Positions 34,614 through 48,800 of a stretch of 64,000 nucleotides of DNA are shown piece by piece. The stretch is from Asterias rubens. Lineage: Eukaryota. The DNA is taken from the NCBI RefSeq assembly GCF_902459465.1, contig NC_047069.1:17174001-17238000 (forward strand). The letters run 5' to 3'. The notes under the pieces were generated by a model that was given only the letters and a program-made list of their open reading frames with translations, was not told the origin of the DNA and ran no database searches. The translations under genes and the position numbers were made by a program. The first letter of the stretch is position 1, and the number at the start of each line of letters is the position of its first letter.

Positions 34614-37600
34614 ACAAGAATTTGCAATACTTTACTTTTAAATAACTGGTTAAGTCTGCAAATAACCAAAATAAGAAGAAATTCAGAGCACAATAAAACT
34701 TTGTCTGAATCCAATATTTTGCTCTTTCTTTATTAGGCATCATTTTATTTAAAGGTCCACAACCTAATCACCTTGTATAATATTACATACAAAATGTAAG
34801 AATTAACCAGAATATTACACAATAATTGATTAAAAAAAAAAACTTCCTACAGTTTACATGTTTTTCCCCAAACAAAATTTGTTTGTTGTAACAATCGCAA
34901 TCAGCTGATGTGTTTTTACAGGTTTTCAGTTCAGATCAATTTCTCATTGATGACTTTAAGTTCCAGTCTGAAATATTACTGATTCTTAATTTCATACTAG
35001 AAACATTTTTGTCTGTAAAGTATTTTCCCTCTGAAATGAACAATGCTTTTTATCCTATAATCCTGCTAACACATTTTACACAAACAAAACATTTAATTAG
35101 CACACCCTGTCTCCAAGTGTCCATTAAAAAAGAAAACCAACTTAAAATCTTATCACATACAGAAGGGATCCCCACATTCTTTTTATAAATTTCAAGTTCA
35201 AAATCACATATTAGGCCAAGTAAAAAAAAAAACATGTTTCGCGTCCCGCCCGCTTCCTTTTTACAGGCCGCCTCCTTTTTTTTATTTTTTATTTATTTTA
35301 TTTTATTTTTTTTAAATAGGGTTTTTTTAAATGATCTCAGCAAAAACAATCTGAATGTCTTGTCTGAATGCCTCGACTAAATTGTTTCATTTATATTTTG
35401 TGTATTTCAGCAGTAGAAAAAACAATGGATATTTGACATTTTAACAAAGAATGGCGGCCGTCTTGAAATAAAAAAATAAAAAGCCCCTCTTCCTTCTTTT
35501 TTGGAAAACCCGGACGTGAAACATGTTGTTTTTTACTCGGCCTTATAGCCAAATGTTAAAACCATGCAGCTTCCACCAATGCCAGGGGTGTTAGCTAAAG
35601 ATTGTCTTCAATTCTAAGCCATAAGCCTTTTTGAAGTACGGCGGACGTGATAGTGTACTGTTAGGTTTGGGTGTATCCACACAAATTTACCTAAATCTGT
35701 ATAGTGTTGTAGCATTGTGTCCGCTTTATCTCAAAAAGGCTTATAGCCATACTATGTACATCAGACGATAGCGAAAAATACCTATAAAGTCCACACTGGA
35801 TTAATCGTCAACAATCCCTCATAGATTCCAAATACCACCATACTTTAAAAAACACTTACAAAAACAACAAAACGAATTAGCTTGTCAAGTTCCCCGAAAG
35901 AAGTTTTACGAGGATAACTTCCAAGTACCAATTACCATAGAGTAAGGACAGAGATGCAATAACCAAGTCATAGTTGAGTTCTTGGATTTGGAGTACCTAA
36001 GCCAATAGCCACCAATCTGGACACAGCTTTTAGAGTAACCCAAACCCATACTCCGATGCATTTCTTCAGCCATATAAAATTTTGGGAAGTACATTGTACA
36101 TCCCCCCAATTTATCAGAATGATTACAGGAATGATTTAGGTACCCCTGACCTCAGGGGTAATATTGTTGGATGCACTTTGAGATGCTTAGATAAAGCGCT
36201 ATACATGTATAAACAAAGTTGATTGTTAAAAATAAAACTACTGTACATAATAAACTAAAAGTTAATTTACAGAAATGTACCCTTGTTGGTTTACACTTGT
36301 TCAAATTAGTTCTAGTGAGTGAGATACCTGTTGAAATTTGACTGATGGTGGTTAGTAGAGGTAAACTTTTGAAGCAAAAAAAACCACACCAACTCCATTG
36401 ACCTTATTGCCAATCTACCTGGCTGGTTACATGTAATTGTTGAATTGCCAATAGGCATTGTGGGATGGAAAGGGGCCATTGAGGGATGGAAAAAGCCTCC
36501 CACCCATCTTTTTTTCCCCACACCACAGTGCCTTTCGGCAAATCAGTATCACTCAGGCGGGAATAGTGACAAGGTTTATTGCAATTTCTGTCACAGTGGA
36601 AAATATTGTAGCTAAAAAATACTCCAAAGCGTCATCATATAATCAGTGTACTGTAAATTGTGTTTCTCAATTGTACATGAAATTGAAAACATAATATTTC
36701 ACACTGGACCGCAGGCCCGAGGCCAGTGATTTTAGCTTCGGTCCAGTAAACTTTATGCCGAACAAGTCCGGCGGTCTTGTGGTTTTTTTTATGCATTAAG
36801 ATGGCCAAAGAGAGTAGTTGTTACAAAAATGATCTTACGCATCTCATTACCTGACAACTCTGAGCAGGACGAAAAACAAGTCCATCACTGCAGATGTACA
36901 TGTACCTTTTCAGCACACACTAACAGAGTTTGGAGCAAAAGTCCTTGAACTGAAGATAGGGGGTAACGTTTGTTGTAGATGTTGGGGGATGGGGGCGGGT
37001 GTCCAGTGGAAAACTTGTTGTTTTACCCGGCAACACTGTCATACTTCATCAAGTAAAATATCAAGTCCATCATGGCAAAGGGACACATTATCACCATGAT
37101 AGGGTTTGGAGGTCCTTAAAGAGAGGGGGTGTAGTTTTGCAGAAGAGACGGATATGGTGGTGGTGGGGGGTGGGGGGGATGGCTATCAAACTGTTCAACG
37201 CGTACTTCAATACTTCAACAAATAAAATGTAAACATCAAGTCAGATCAATCAAGTCCATCATGGGATACGTACCCATTAGCACGCATTAAAGGAGTTTGG
37301 AGATTGGAGCAAAAGTTCTTGAAGAGTAATTTAAAATTAACAATTTGCAAAAAGATGATAAACAAATTATTGGCCTATCATCAATAAATATTGCACTGGA
37401 ATGATTAGGACACATTAGAATTTTTTTTTTTCTCTTTGCGAAAGATTACTAATTAGAAAAACCACTGTTGCTGATGTAGCCAGTGTAGGTTCTAAGAATT
37501 CTTAGATCTTAGAATCTTGCAGTCCATCTGAGGAGATCGAATATGTAGGTAATGATTTAAGGCACTAGTATTGTAAGACATTTCGTTAACTCAAAGTGTT

Positions 37601-37649
37601 GACAAAAGGGGAGGGGCCCATTCTTCTGCGGTGATCTGCTGAACTCAAT

Positions 37650-39089
37650 TTAGAACTCCATACTTCTGGTGACCTCAATCAGTTTTTTGACCCACTCGAT
37701 ATCTTCCTCATAATATTCTAGTTGTACTTCATCTGACCTATCTTGAAGAAAGGTTACAGATTGAGGGTCCACAGCACTTGAGCATGAAGCTCCCTCCGAA
37801 CCACCCTGATCTGTTTGTTCGGCGGATGTGATCTTCGAGCTTTCTTTCTGTCTTTTTAGAGCTTCAATTAGATTGAGAGTAGCATGCAGACCTTTGGCGA
37901 CACCAAAACCATTCAAACACTGCAGGAGGCTTACCCCACAATGATATTGTCGTCTGAGCTGTACCGAAACACAGCCCTGGATGAAAGAGTACATGTTTGG
38001 CTTATGAGAAAATAAAATGACGGACAGCATAAATCCCAAGCGCCTGTCTAGAATAACTTTGGCCTGTTTAGCAGACAAACATTTTTGTCCGAGAAGTTTC
38101 TCCTTGTGGCAAGTAGTTCTCTTCCATTTAGCAGGGTTCGGAAGTGCTGCCTTCAAAACATGAACGAGAAACGGCATGGATGATGAAGCCTCGTCAACGA
38201 TATCACTCCAGGGTATCAATTTAAGGTAGTCAAACATTGGAGTTTTAGAAAGTATGCTAAGCTTTGGATACGCTTTGATTTCTTTAGTGATATATTGACT
38301 GGCACATTTATAAAACACTTTTCTTGCTCGGTTGCTATTTCCGAGAAGTGTTTCAAATGCTCGATTATAGTTGCCCTCATTGATTTCTCGTATGGCCTTC
38401 TTTTTAAAATGCTTATTCGTAGATTTCTTAATCTTAGGCCTCGACTTGGATTCCAAGTTGGAACGGTGCATGTTTTTTGGGACACTTATAACTTTATAAT
38501 GTTTATTCCTGGTCTTCATAGAAAAATACTCGGCCGGCAAAGTACATGTACTTGGCGGGGATGTTTTTTTAACATTCAGTTGTAGTTGCTTTTTAACTAC
38601 ATAGATGCATTTGTAGCACAGATATCCGTCTTTGCCATCGAATGCTTCAGGGGGAACACCGCAGGCCTGCTTGCTTTTTCTCCTGTACCCCTTTGATCTA
38701 CCAGTAGGTCCAGGTTTACACTTCACAAATAAAGTTGGGCAATTTAAACATCTTTCTGCATTGGCCAATTCAGCAGCACGGCCACACTTAAGACACAGCA
38801 GGTCCATCTCGGGAAGTTTCTTATTTTTATCACGTTTCACAAATGCAGCTTGGCAATTCGAACATATCTCGTGCGGTCGCGGTGGTCTCTGAGACATGTT
38901 GCTTGTCGTTACCTTTCCCTTGGCCTTCTTTTTGTCAACATCATGGTAGCACTTGGAGCATAGATACCCCGTCTTCACAGGAACATCACCGACTTCCGCA
39001 CTTTGAAATTCCCATTTCTTGTCCCCCTTCTCCAGTGAAACATTGCACTTTGAGCATGACTTCATTTTTCCACACCTTCTCACAGTCAC
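37650..39089 (-). CDS. Uncharacterised single-exon protein (471 aa from ATG 39065) with three Cys-x2-Cys paired Zn-binding modules and a helical C-terminal region
   Basis: Uninterrupted 1440-bp ORF in AT-rich DNA. Contains CSKC..YLCSKC, CSNC..LLCLKC and CLNC..YLCYKC, a basic middle section and an acidic tail. A CpG-rich promoter-like region lies at 39140-39310. Confidence 0.75.
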   Translation of the reverse strand: MTVRRCGKMKSCSKCNVSLEKGDKKWEFQSAEVGDVPVKTGYLCSKCYHDVDKKKAKGKVTTSNMSQRPPRPHEICSNCQAAFVKRDKNKKLPEMDLLCLKCGRAAELANAERCLNCPTLFVKCKPGPTGRSKGYRRKSKQACGVPPEAFDGKDGYLCYKCIYVVKKQLQLNVKKTSPPSTCTLPAEYFSMKTRNKHYKVISVPKNMHRSNLESKSRPKIKKSTNKHFKKKAIREINEGNYNRAFETLLGNSNRARKVFYKCASQYITKEIKAYPKLSILSKTPMFDYLKLIPWSDIVDEASSSMPFLVHVLKAALPNPAKWKRTTCHKEKLLGQKCLSAKQAKVILDRRLGFMLSVILFSHKPNMYSFIQGCVSVQLRRQYHCGVSLLQCLNGFGVAKGLHATLNLIEALKRQKESSKITSAEQTDQGGSEGASCSSAVDPQSVTFLQDRSDEVQLEYYEEDIEWVKKLIEVTRSMEF

Positions 39090-42000
39090 AAGGGAAACAC
39101 ATGTAAAAATTATTTGTACTTTATGAAGTGAAGTAGAAACACCAGCTCAGATTCGCACTGAAACTTCCAGGTCGCACTTCGAGGATCGAGAGTCGGGTTG
39201 TTTTTTTAGGATTTCGCGGCCAGCCTGAAAAACGCCCTCTTGTGGTGATAGCCGACAGCCACCTTTCGCAAGCTATTATTTTTCACTTGCGCGCTTTTAT
39301 AGTGCGTGAAAGCATAATGTTAGAGGTAGATATGCGGGTGAAAGCAAAGCAGATATAAAGAGGTAACCTCACTTGAAAGTCTCTTTCGATTGCAGGACAA
39401 TAAGAACAAAATACATTTTAAGAGAAAAAGATGAAGACAAAAATCATTCCTGAGGTCAAACAATGAAAATAAGCTTTTCAAGTTTTTTTGTGTGTTAATT
39501 TCGAAACAATCTGTCTCAGAGATACATCTGAAGTGGAGTTGTGGAGCCATCAGCGACCTAATTCTGCCCCCTGCCCCCCCCACCCACTTGAGTATCTGTC
39601 CCACAGTCATTCATCTAAAACTGCCAAACTTGGTGACTTCTTTCATGATCAAAATCATCACTTTATATGAGCTAAAAATATTACCTACCCCATTGTTTTT
39701 TAACAAGCTAGGGTTTTTAACGGGTTTGAAGTAAATCCTGTATATCTAAGTAGCGGCTCGATGTCCCCGTGGCACACAAGTTTACTAGTTAATCGTTTCT
39801 GCCTGGGAATTAATTGGTTCTCAAGAACTGAGTTAGAAGATAATTATTATGTACAAGAATGACAATCATATTCATTTTCCATTTATTTAACCAATCATGA
39901 GCAATGTCTCTATTGCGGAACGACTCCATATTATTTATACATTTTGTCCAGAGAGAAGCTGCTATTCAATTTTGACAACACACTTTTTTTTTATCAATAC
40001 AGTAGCACTGGACACTATTGGGAATTACTCAAAATAATTGTTAGCATAAAAACTTACTTGGTTAAATGTAATGGAGAGCTGTTGATAGTAAAAAAAAAAA
40101 AAACATTGTGAGAAACGGCTCCCACTGAAGTTACATAGTTTTTGAGAAAGAGGTAATTTCTCACTCAAATAATAAAAGACTTCCGGACCCGAAACCTTTT
40201 GTTAGGCATCTGAAAGCACACAAATTTGTGCACCAAGAGTGTTTTTTCCTTTATTATTTTCTTTGGACTATGACCAATTGAGCGCAAATTTTATAAACAT
40301 GTCGGGATACACCAAGTATGATTACTGGTCTTAAACTACCAAATCAAAGAAAATAACCAGTACAGTTTGAAACAACCTTTTTAACAACCGGAACAGCACT
40401 TGTGTAATAGTAAATGAAGACATCTGAATGCATATAATATATGCATCTTTATGGTTATTAATTAGCCTATATTCGAAAAAGTTTTTAATGACCTTTGACC
40501 TTTGTGTATTGAATCTCACAACTTTTTTCATTACTCTACAGTCTTCTGTGGATTTTCAACCACCTCACAATTTGTTCAAATGTTAGATTTATTGAATACA
40601 AATGATTAAAACCAAATGCATACTTTGCCTTTAAGCATGAATCATTGGAAGGTTGTCACTGATTCTAAGGCTAAACAGTGACAGCCAGATTTACTTTCCT
40701 GGGGTCGATTTCACAAAGAGTTTAGACTAGTCTTATCTTGAGTTAGGACGAGTTACTCTTCCTAACTTAGGACTAGCTACACGTTTTTGATAACTCCTAG
40801 GACTAGTCCTATTTAACTCTTTGTGAGATCCACCCCGTATTATATAAATAAGTACTTGAATTATCTCTGAAATTAAGTAATTCACATTCTAGGTCAGCAT
40901 CACCAAGTGGTAATAATAATAATAATATTAATAATAATAATATTATAAAAAAAACGTTTTTAAATAGCACTTTTCACACCCTAAGGGCATGTCAAAGCGC
41001 TTCCAACATTATCACCCTAGCCATTGATTTCACCAAAGTCTGCCTAACTAAGGATTAATCTTAGGACTTAGGACGGGTTCAGTTCCGTATCCAAATACGT
41101 AGGATGCATTGAACCCATCCTAAGTTAGGACGGGTGACTGGTCCTAACTCGAGATAGGATTGATCCTAGTGTTTCCTGAAATCGGCTGCTGGTCACTGGG
41201 GTCATTCATTCATTCCTTAACCATCTCAGCTCCCTGGGGAGTATACAGCCTGTGCAACAAATATAAGCTACTCGACTAAACCAATCACAAGAACCATCTC
41301 TGCCCTCACAGGTACCCATTTACTTCTGGGTGGAGAGAAGTGTCTCGCTCAGGGACCGGTACTCGAACACAAATTCTGCTGAACAAAAGCACTAGAGCTT
41401 GAGTTTGGTGCTCTCATCCGCCAGGCCAAAACACCCTACAATAAAGCTTTTTTTCTACTTATTTACTTACAAATAGTGCCTTTTTTATTCCAGGTCATTT
41501 CATGGCAGGCAAGATAATACAATAGTCTTATGACAATTACCTTTCAATCATATCATAAAATCTATGGTTTCTGCACATTATTGACGAGATATACAAATTT
41601 AAGACAAACATAGCTTCAAGGCAAATGCATACAGGTAACCTCTTAAAAAGCCTTCTCCAAAATCCATTTCCATGGTTGTTGCATACAGCATAGTGAGGCA
41701 GCATTAAGAGTGGTTCTCCAACCAAACACTAAGTAAAACACATGAGGATCGAGGAAGAAAAAGCTGATTTACTAGTTGAATGAAAAGCTTACTAATCCTG
41801 CTGGCTACTAGTCGCTGAAAACAAAAGTAGAACGACCCTTGATGGAAGCATTCCATTAGCTTGCCCAGGTCAACCTTAGTGTTGTAACGCTATATATGAA
41901 GTATGGACTTGTGACCCGCTCTGTGAAAATGAGTCAGATGTAGGCAATTTCAGGAATTGAGTCGTATGCATGGCTGGGAAGAACACATCAGCAGCAGTAA

Positions 42001-42893
42001 TTTGGTATGTGTCTAAGCTTTGGGGTGTATCGCGTTGCTGAGTTACTCCCGTTTGAAATTAGCCACTACATCATTTTTTTTGAAAAACGAATTACAAGTA
42101 AAATGATATTTTAAACTACCATTGTGTGCAAAAGGATACAAATAAGAAATAAGAATGATCACAAAATTGTTGTATTCATAGCTTTATTGCCTAAAAGTAA
42201 GTGTTCTAAAGGTTAATTTTTTTAATATACATTTTCCACATTAAACTGTCCATAACTTAGTATTGCATTGGGGGACATGTGACTCATTTTCACAGATAGG
42301 GTCACATATTATGTAGTGACTTGAAACACTAGGTGGTCTTACACACATCCACACAGTGTTATTTACAGTGTGATCAGGGAGAGCCACTTCCATGCTGTCA
42401 AAGATACTTGATTGTACTGGGTCAGACATGGGTTGATCAAGGGAAGCTAATCCAATGTACCCAATTTTTATGTAACATTAATTGGCAAAGATCTTTGTTT
42501 AAGCTGATGAATCATGTATGGTGGTTGCGTTGGTGTAGTGTCATCTCTCCTCGTCTTCCACCTCTAGGACCCTGATTCCAATCACGCCAGGGGCACTTAG
42601 TGGATAGGGTTTTCAGTCCCTACTGACTGCGTGGGTTTTTTCTTGGCTAAATCTTTGGGGTTTTCCTCCCAAACCTTGAACAGAAACTCCCTCCTGGACT
42701 TCTCTCCATAAGTTTTTTGATTAGCACAGTGATTTGGGGTTTTCCTCCCAAACCTAAAACTGAAACTTCTTTCATTGTCTTCTCTCGTTCTTTGCTGTAC
42801 AGTAATTAAGTTCACTTTTCTGAGAGTCCTTGGCTTCACAATCGGAATAGATGAAATGAAATGTAGACTTAAAGCTTCAGTGTCAATGACGAA

Positions 42894-45800
42894 TCATACA
42901 AGCTCTGGTGACGAGATGGCAAGGATACCCGTAGGCCGTATACATTCAATCCCACCATGCATCACACACACCTTAGGGAATCCTAGACGAACCAGCTGGG
43001 TGGCAAACTGCAAGAGAAACAGACAAAGCAAACAATCCATGATTAATAATGAACGAGACAGTTGAGTGACAGAACTATAATAGCAGGCTTTGATAAAGTA
43101 TGATTTTGATTAATTTTCACAGGTTGATTGACTGCTGTGTTGGTTGAGGAGAGTCTAAAAAGTTGAGCTCATTCTCGACTGTCTAGAATGAGCTCAACTT
43201 TTAAGACACAAAAAGCTTTCTTGTGGGCACTAGCCTCCAATTCAGTACACTGCCAGAATGTTCCGCGAGACCCTATCCTTGTGCCACGAACAATCCTACA
43301 TGATTCGGTAGTCTAGTTGGTATTACACTGCTCTAGAATTGCAAGGGTCGTGGGTTCTAATCCCACTCGAAACATATGCCTTTAATACTTTTTCACAGAA
43401 CTCGGTAAAGTAATGAGTATACAGTGCTAACACACATCGGTGTACGGGTAGAAAACAAAACTAACATTCGTGTCCCCGATGCAAACTTAACATCTATTAA
43501 TCCTATGTGAGTGAAAAACGCCAATTCATTTGAATGTTCCAATGCAGCATTCCGGCAGACCTGAATAGTTATCCGATCCACTAAGAACATTCCTATCTTT
43601 TCAAATTGAATGAACTCAAAAACTTACAATCCTGCACTCTGTTCTAGTCAGTCCATGCAAGGTGTAGTCTTTTAAACATTGAAAGTATTGCTAATAATAG
43701 GAGTAAGAAGGACAGGGTGACAAATGAGGACCTTAGAAAGAAATCAAGAGTGCAGGATATCATTAAAAGACCAATAAATCAAAGAAGTGGAGATGGACAG
43801 GTCACCTAGCAAGGAGGTGTGACAACAGGTGGGCATGCAAAACAGCAAACTGGACTCCAAGAAACCAGACAAGAAAAAGAGGGAGACAAAACAGAAGATG
43901 GAAAGATGAACTAAGTACATATAGGGGCATTGCTTGGCAAAGCAATGATCAAGTGGAACGTTGATTCCTTCGTGCAATAAAACAGAGATCGTCATGGGTT
44001 TTAACTTTTTTAAATAGTAGATTTTCTGTATTATTTTTGTGAAATCAATCTTTTGTAATTCAGCTTTTCATGTAATATATATATATTTTTTATAGACTTT
44101 TGTGGCTTGAAGTGTTTTTTTTTTTTTTTTATGGAAATTCTGTAAATTTGTTGTAGAAAAGGCCGAAATATATTTCCAAACGTGGATAATAAAGTGAATT
44201 GAACAGACAGAGCAGGATAGAGTGAAATGGTGTTAAATGGCTAAACAGACAGTATTGTTAAAGGTAGTGGACACTATTGGTAATTACTCAAACATTGTGA
44301 GTTTTTTTTTTTCTCTCATAGTTATCTCGCAACTTTGACGACCAAATGAGCTCAAGTTTTCACAGGTTTGTTATTTTTATGCATATGCAAATGTTTAGAT
44401 ACACCAAGTGAGAAGACTGGTCTTCGACAATTATCAATAGTGTCCAGGGTCTTTAACCTAATCCTGTACTCACATTAGCAGCATTTTTCCCTCTGTTGCC
44501 AACAACGACCACAACCCTTCCCTTGTGGTTGAAGATTAGAGTGACTGCCTTGCAAGGTACCAAGTCTCCCTCAGGGGAGAATGCCTGGTTGAAGGGAATA
44601 TTCAGACTGCCTGGAATGTTGCCACGCACAAACCTGTTAGTTTTTTTTGTTAAGGAACTGCAAAAATAATTAGTCAGCTGGCATTTAATTGAGGTTTTGT
44701 TTCCAGTAAGCAGCACTTTGCAAGTCTTGTGCTTATAAAAAAGGAAAATCCAGCAAAGAGTAAGTATTATGCACAAGTATAACTCAATATGGTTTGGACC
44801 AACAAGGGGATACCAAACTGTTAACAGCCAATTTCTCTCATACAAACATTAGTTTAACGCCTATGATTAAAAAGTGCACAAATTTTTCTCTGAAATGGAT
44901 TGCATATATTGTTCCTTCCTGTGCATATATTGTTCCTTTACTAATTTATTTGGGTTTACTGTCTTAATGTTTTGCAATTTTTACTCTACGGATTGTTCTG
45001 TAAGGTCCTTGTATTTTCATTTGTTTGGATTGATGTATATTTTCCTATTGTAAAATTTTTAATATTTTTATGATTATTTTGTTATGCGCTTGTGTACATT
45101 TTATGGTATGGGCGCAAAATAAATGAATAAATTATTATCATAATTATTATTAAATCAATAAATTGTGATTCAGTAACTAGACGATAATATTTTGTATAGT
45201 CATTGTGAAGTCAGCGGTTAGGATTTGAACCTAGAACCTTGTGATTGCAAGTCCTGTGATCCAACCACATGGTCACAGTGACAGCATCAATTTCTAAAGA
45301 AAATTTTATTTGTAAAGCTAGCCATAAGAAAAGGATACTCTTCGGAGCTTCGTACATCAACACACATTATGACTGGACGGCTGCTTTTTGTCTTCTTGGT
45401 TGGAGAGCGAGAACCAGGAACTGCTCCAGGCTTCAAGTCACAAAGTTCCAGGAGATCTTCTGCCGAGATTCTTGGACTCACTTCGGACTTGAGTTCCTCC
45501 AGACTCAGTGGCTCTCTAGACTGCAAGACATCAAATAAAATTCATTTAACAAAAAATCTCATATCACTGCTTAGCACACAAATTTGCTAAGCACTGTAAA
45601 ATTCTGCTTACACAGGATTTTATATTAAGTAGAATTTGAGGAGAAGTCTTATTAGGTGAGGTTTGCGGTAACACCAGTTGAAAATCTCTTTTGAGTAGTG
45701 TTGGGTATAAAAAGAACCAGTGGGTGACGACTCAACGTTTCAATCAGTATATTCTAGACTTTATATTGTTTGCAACTGATTTCATGCTAATTTTTTGCTC

Positions 45801-48800
45801 AACATTGTTATTGGTTAAGGAACTTTGTTAAAAAGTTAAGCATCCAAAAGCAGCACCCTTATTTCAAAACCACTGCTTACCAGAAGCAAAGCAAAAGGCA
45901 TATGCTAACTTGCAAGCTAATTTGTAAGTGGCGGAGTGAATACCAAATACCAATCTGCTTGAACCAGAAACCAATAAACCACTTGAACAAGATGTCTCGT
46001 GTTTAAACAGCGCCCACAATGAGGTCCAAAGAAGACCTCCATTAATTAACTGAGTGTCATTCGGGCGCATACACAAATTAATGATCCCATTATTTGGCCC
46101 CAGCGCTAGCTGCCTGTGTAAGGGACCTAGACTCGCCAGCTCTGATAATGGGACGTCATGGTAGTCAGTACTGTAATATGAGACAGGCTTGACTGTTTGC
46201 ATTGTTTGGCCCCAGCGCTAGCTGCCTGTGTAAGGGACCTAGACTCACCAGCTCTGATAATGGGACGTCATGGTAGTCAGTACTGTAATATGAGACAGGC
46301 TTGACTGTTTGCATTGTTTGGCCCCAGCGCTAGCTGCCTGTGTAAGGGACCTAGACTCACCAGCTCTGATAATGGGACGTCATGGTAGTCAGTACTGTAA
46401 TATGACACAGGCTTGACCTGAGATGCAGCTGTGTTCCCTTGGTCTGGCCTACGGGGTGGTCTAGCGTGCTGCCTGTACGTTGCACTCTTTGGTGTGTTGC
46501 AGAAGATGCGGATAGACTCTCGCACACACTTCTCTATGTCGATTTCTGTTCATGAAAATGATACGTCAGAATTTTATTGCAGGAGAATCTAGGCGTATCA
46601 GTTTCATCAAGCTTCTTGACCACAAAAATTTGAAAATCACTAAACAATAGGAGACTTTGGAAAACTAGGTGGCAGCAGACTTACCGATACCTTTGTTTAT
46701 GTTCTTCTGAGCATACGCACATATCCAAGAACAATGGGTTTACCTGGTAAGTCTGGTGTCACCATGCTTCCCAAAAAGTCCCTGTGTGCTTACAGAAGTA
46801 TGTTACAAGCATAGGGTTAAGAGCACCGCCGTCGATTTCACAAAACTCTTCCTAACTTACTTATGATTAATCTTAGGACTTATAGGACGAGTCCCAGTCT
46901 TGCACTGTGACATGTAAACCTTAAGATTAATCCTAAGTTAGGACGAGTTATAGTTGTCCTAACTCGAGTTAGGATTAATCCCAGCGTTTCATGAAATCGG
47001 CTGCTGGACACATAGCTCTGGTGTTTCTTGATCAGCAGAGGGGGGGGGGTTCTAGTCTCGGTCGTGGCACTTGTGTCCTTGAACAAAAATACTTTATCTG
47101 ATAATTCCTTCAGATGGGACATAAAGCCACTGGTCTTGTGTACTAAGAGTGGTAGTGCATGTAAATGAACCTAGAACACTTATTGTAAACGAGTAGGGGT
47201 TAACCCTAGTGTTGCTGGTTCACATAGCAAGCATCCTTGTTGACAGGTTTCCTCAGGCTTGTGAGCTACAGTGATTACTATACTTATTAGGGGCCTTTCT
47301 CAAACCACGGCCTGGGCTCCGGCTCAGGCTTGGGCTCCGCGTGCTGTGTATGCAGCTTGCATTGTAACCTGCATTTTGGAGCAGCGCGTATTTGCACAGA
47401 TATCAGCACACGGAGCCTGAGCCGGAGCCCAAGCCGTGGTTTGAGAAAGGCCCCAGGTATCCTAAGTTTCATAACCATAAAAATAATCATGACAACTTAC
47501 CAGGCATATCAGAGAACAGCAAGATGCATTCATTGAAACCAAAGTTCAACAAACCGAACCTCAGCTGCTGTAAGATTGCAACCCCGATGCATATTGGGAA
47601 GGAGGAGTTGCCTAGCAACAGCGTATCCCATAGATGAAAGATCTTGTGCAGCGGAAAGACATCTAAAGGTACAAAAGCGAATGGCAAAAATATATTAATT
47701 TCAAGACAAAGAAATTTACAAAGTGCTGGTATTTTTGTTTACCCAAATACATTTATATCCATCTTCTTTTCTGGGATATAATAATTGCAGCAGGAATTCA
47801 ATTTGTTATTTTGGTTTTACTTTTACACCAATATGGGCATGTATGCACATTCAAACCAGGACCCTAAAGCAAAAGAGGACAATAGGGTCCTAGTTAGGTT
47901 AAAGGAACATGTTGCCTTGGATCGGTCGAGTTGGTCTTTGAAAAGCATTTGTAACCGTTTGTTATGAAATGCATCTGGGAAGAAAAAAGAAGTAGAATAG
48001 AATGATCCACACAAGTATTACTTGAAATTGCGTGTTTTTCCTTCGTCGACTAACACGGTCGGCCATTTATGGGAGTCAAACTTATGGGAGTCAAATTTTT
48101 GACTCCCATAAATTGTAGACCGTATTTGTTCGCAAAGTAAACAGAAAACCACGCAATTTCGAGCAAATTTGTGTGGATCATTGTATTCTACTCTTAAATC
48201 ATCTTTCTAACCATATGCATTTTATAACAAACGGTTACAAACGCTTTTCAAAGACCAACTCGACCGATCCAAGGCAACGTGTTCCTTTAAATAATTGAAA
48301 GGCTGAAGATAAAACGAGACAGTATGAGGTCCAACATTGCAGGCTGTATTTTACACTTGGGTCTTTTAATTAGAGTTGTGCAGAATAAATTTGTTAATAT
48401 AGTACTCATGTACTTGCTATGTAATTTGACCTTTGGGTCACCATTTTAATCAAATGCATTTAATTTTTTTATAACATTTGAAAATGAACAATTGCTATGT
48501 TACAACAAGTAAAATTTCTCATATGACCAGCCTGCAAGGAAATGCCACATTTACAAGATTTAAAAAAACAAACAAATATTACATGAGCTCTAGGAAGGAT
48601 TTTCATATTTTTATTTAGCTAAGGATTATGAAATTATATTGCAGGAATTAATGGGGCACATCTCAGAACATGTTCATCAGCTGTTTCTTTTGCCTGCCAG
48701 GAAACACCCTGGAATGTATTACAAGCTCACTATTTTTGAGACCAAAGACTAAGTTCTCTAGGACAAGGCTAGAGTAGTATCGTGCCTGCCCCACAAAACC

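Noticed and set aside
36870-37330. Degenerate about 190-bp triplication (caagtccatca / ggagcaaaagt)
   Set aside because: Highly diverged intergenic repeat with no coding or structural signal that I could support.
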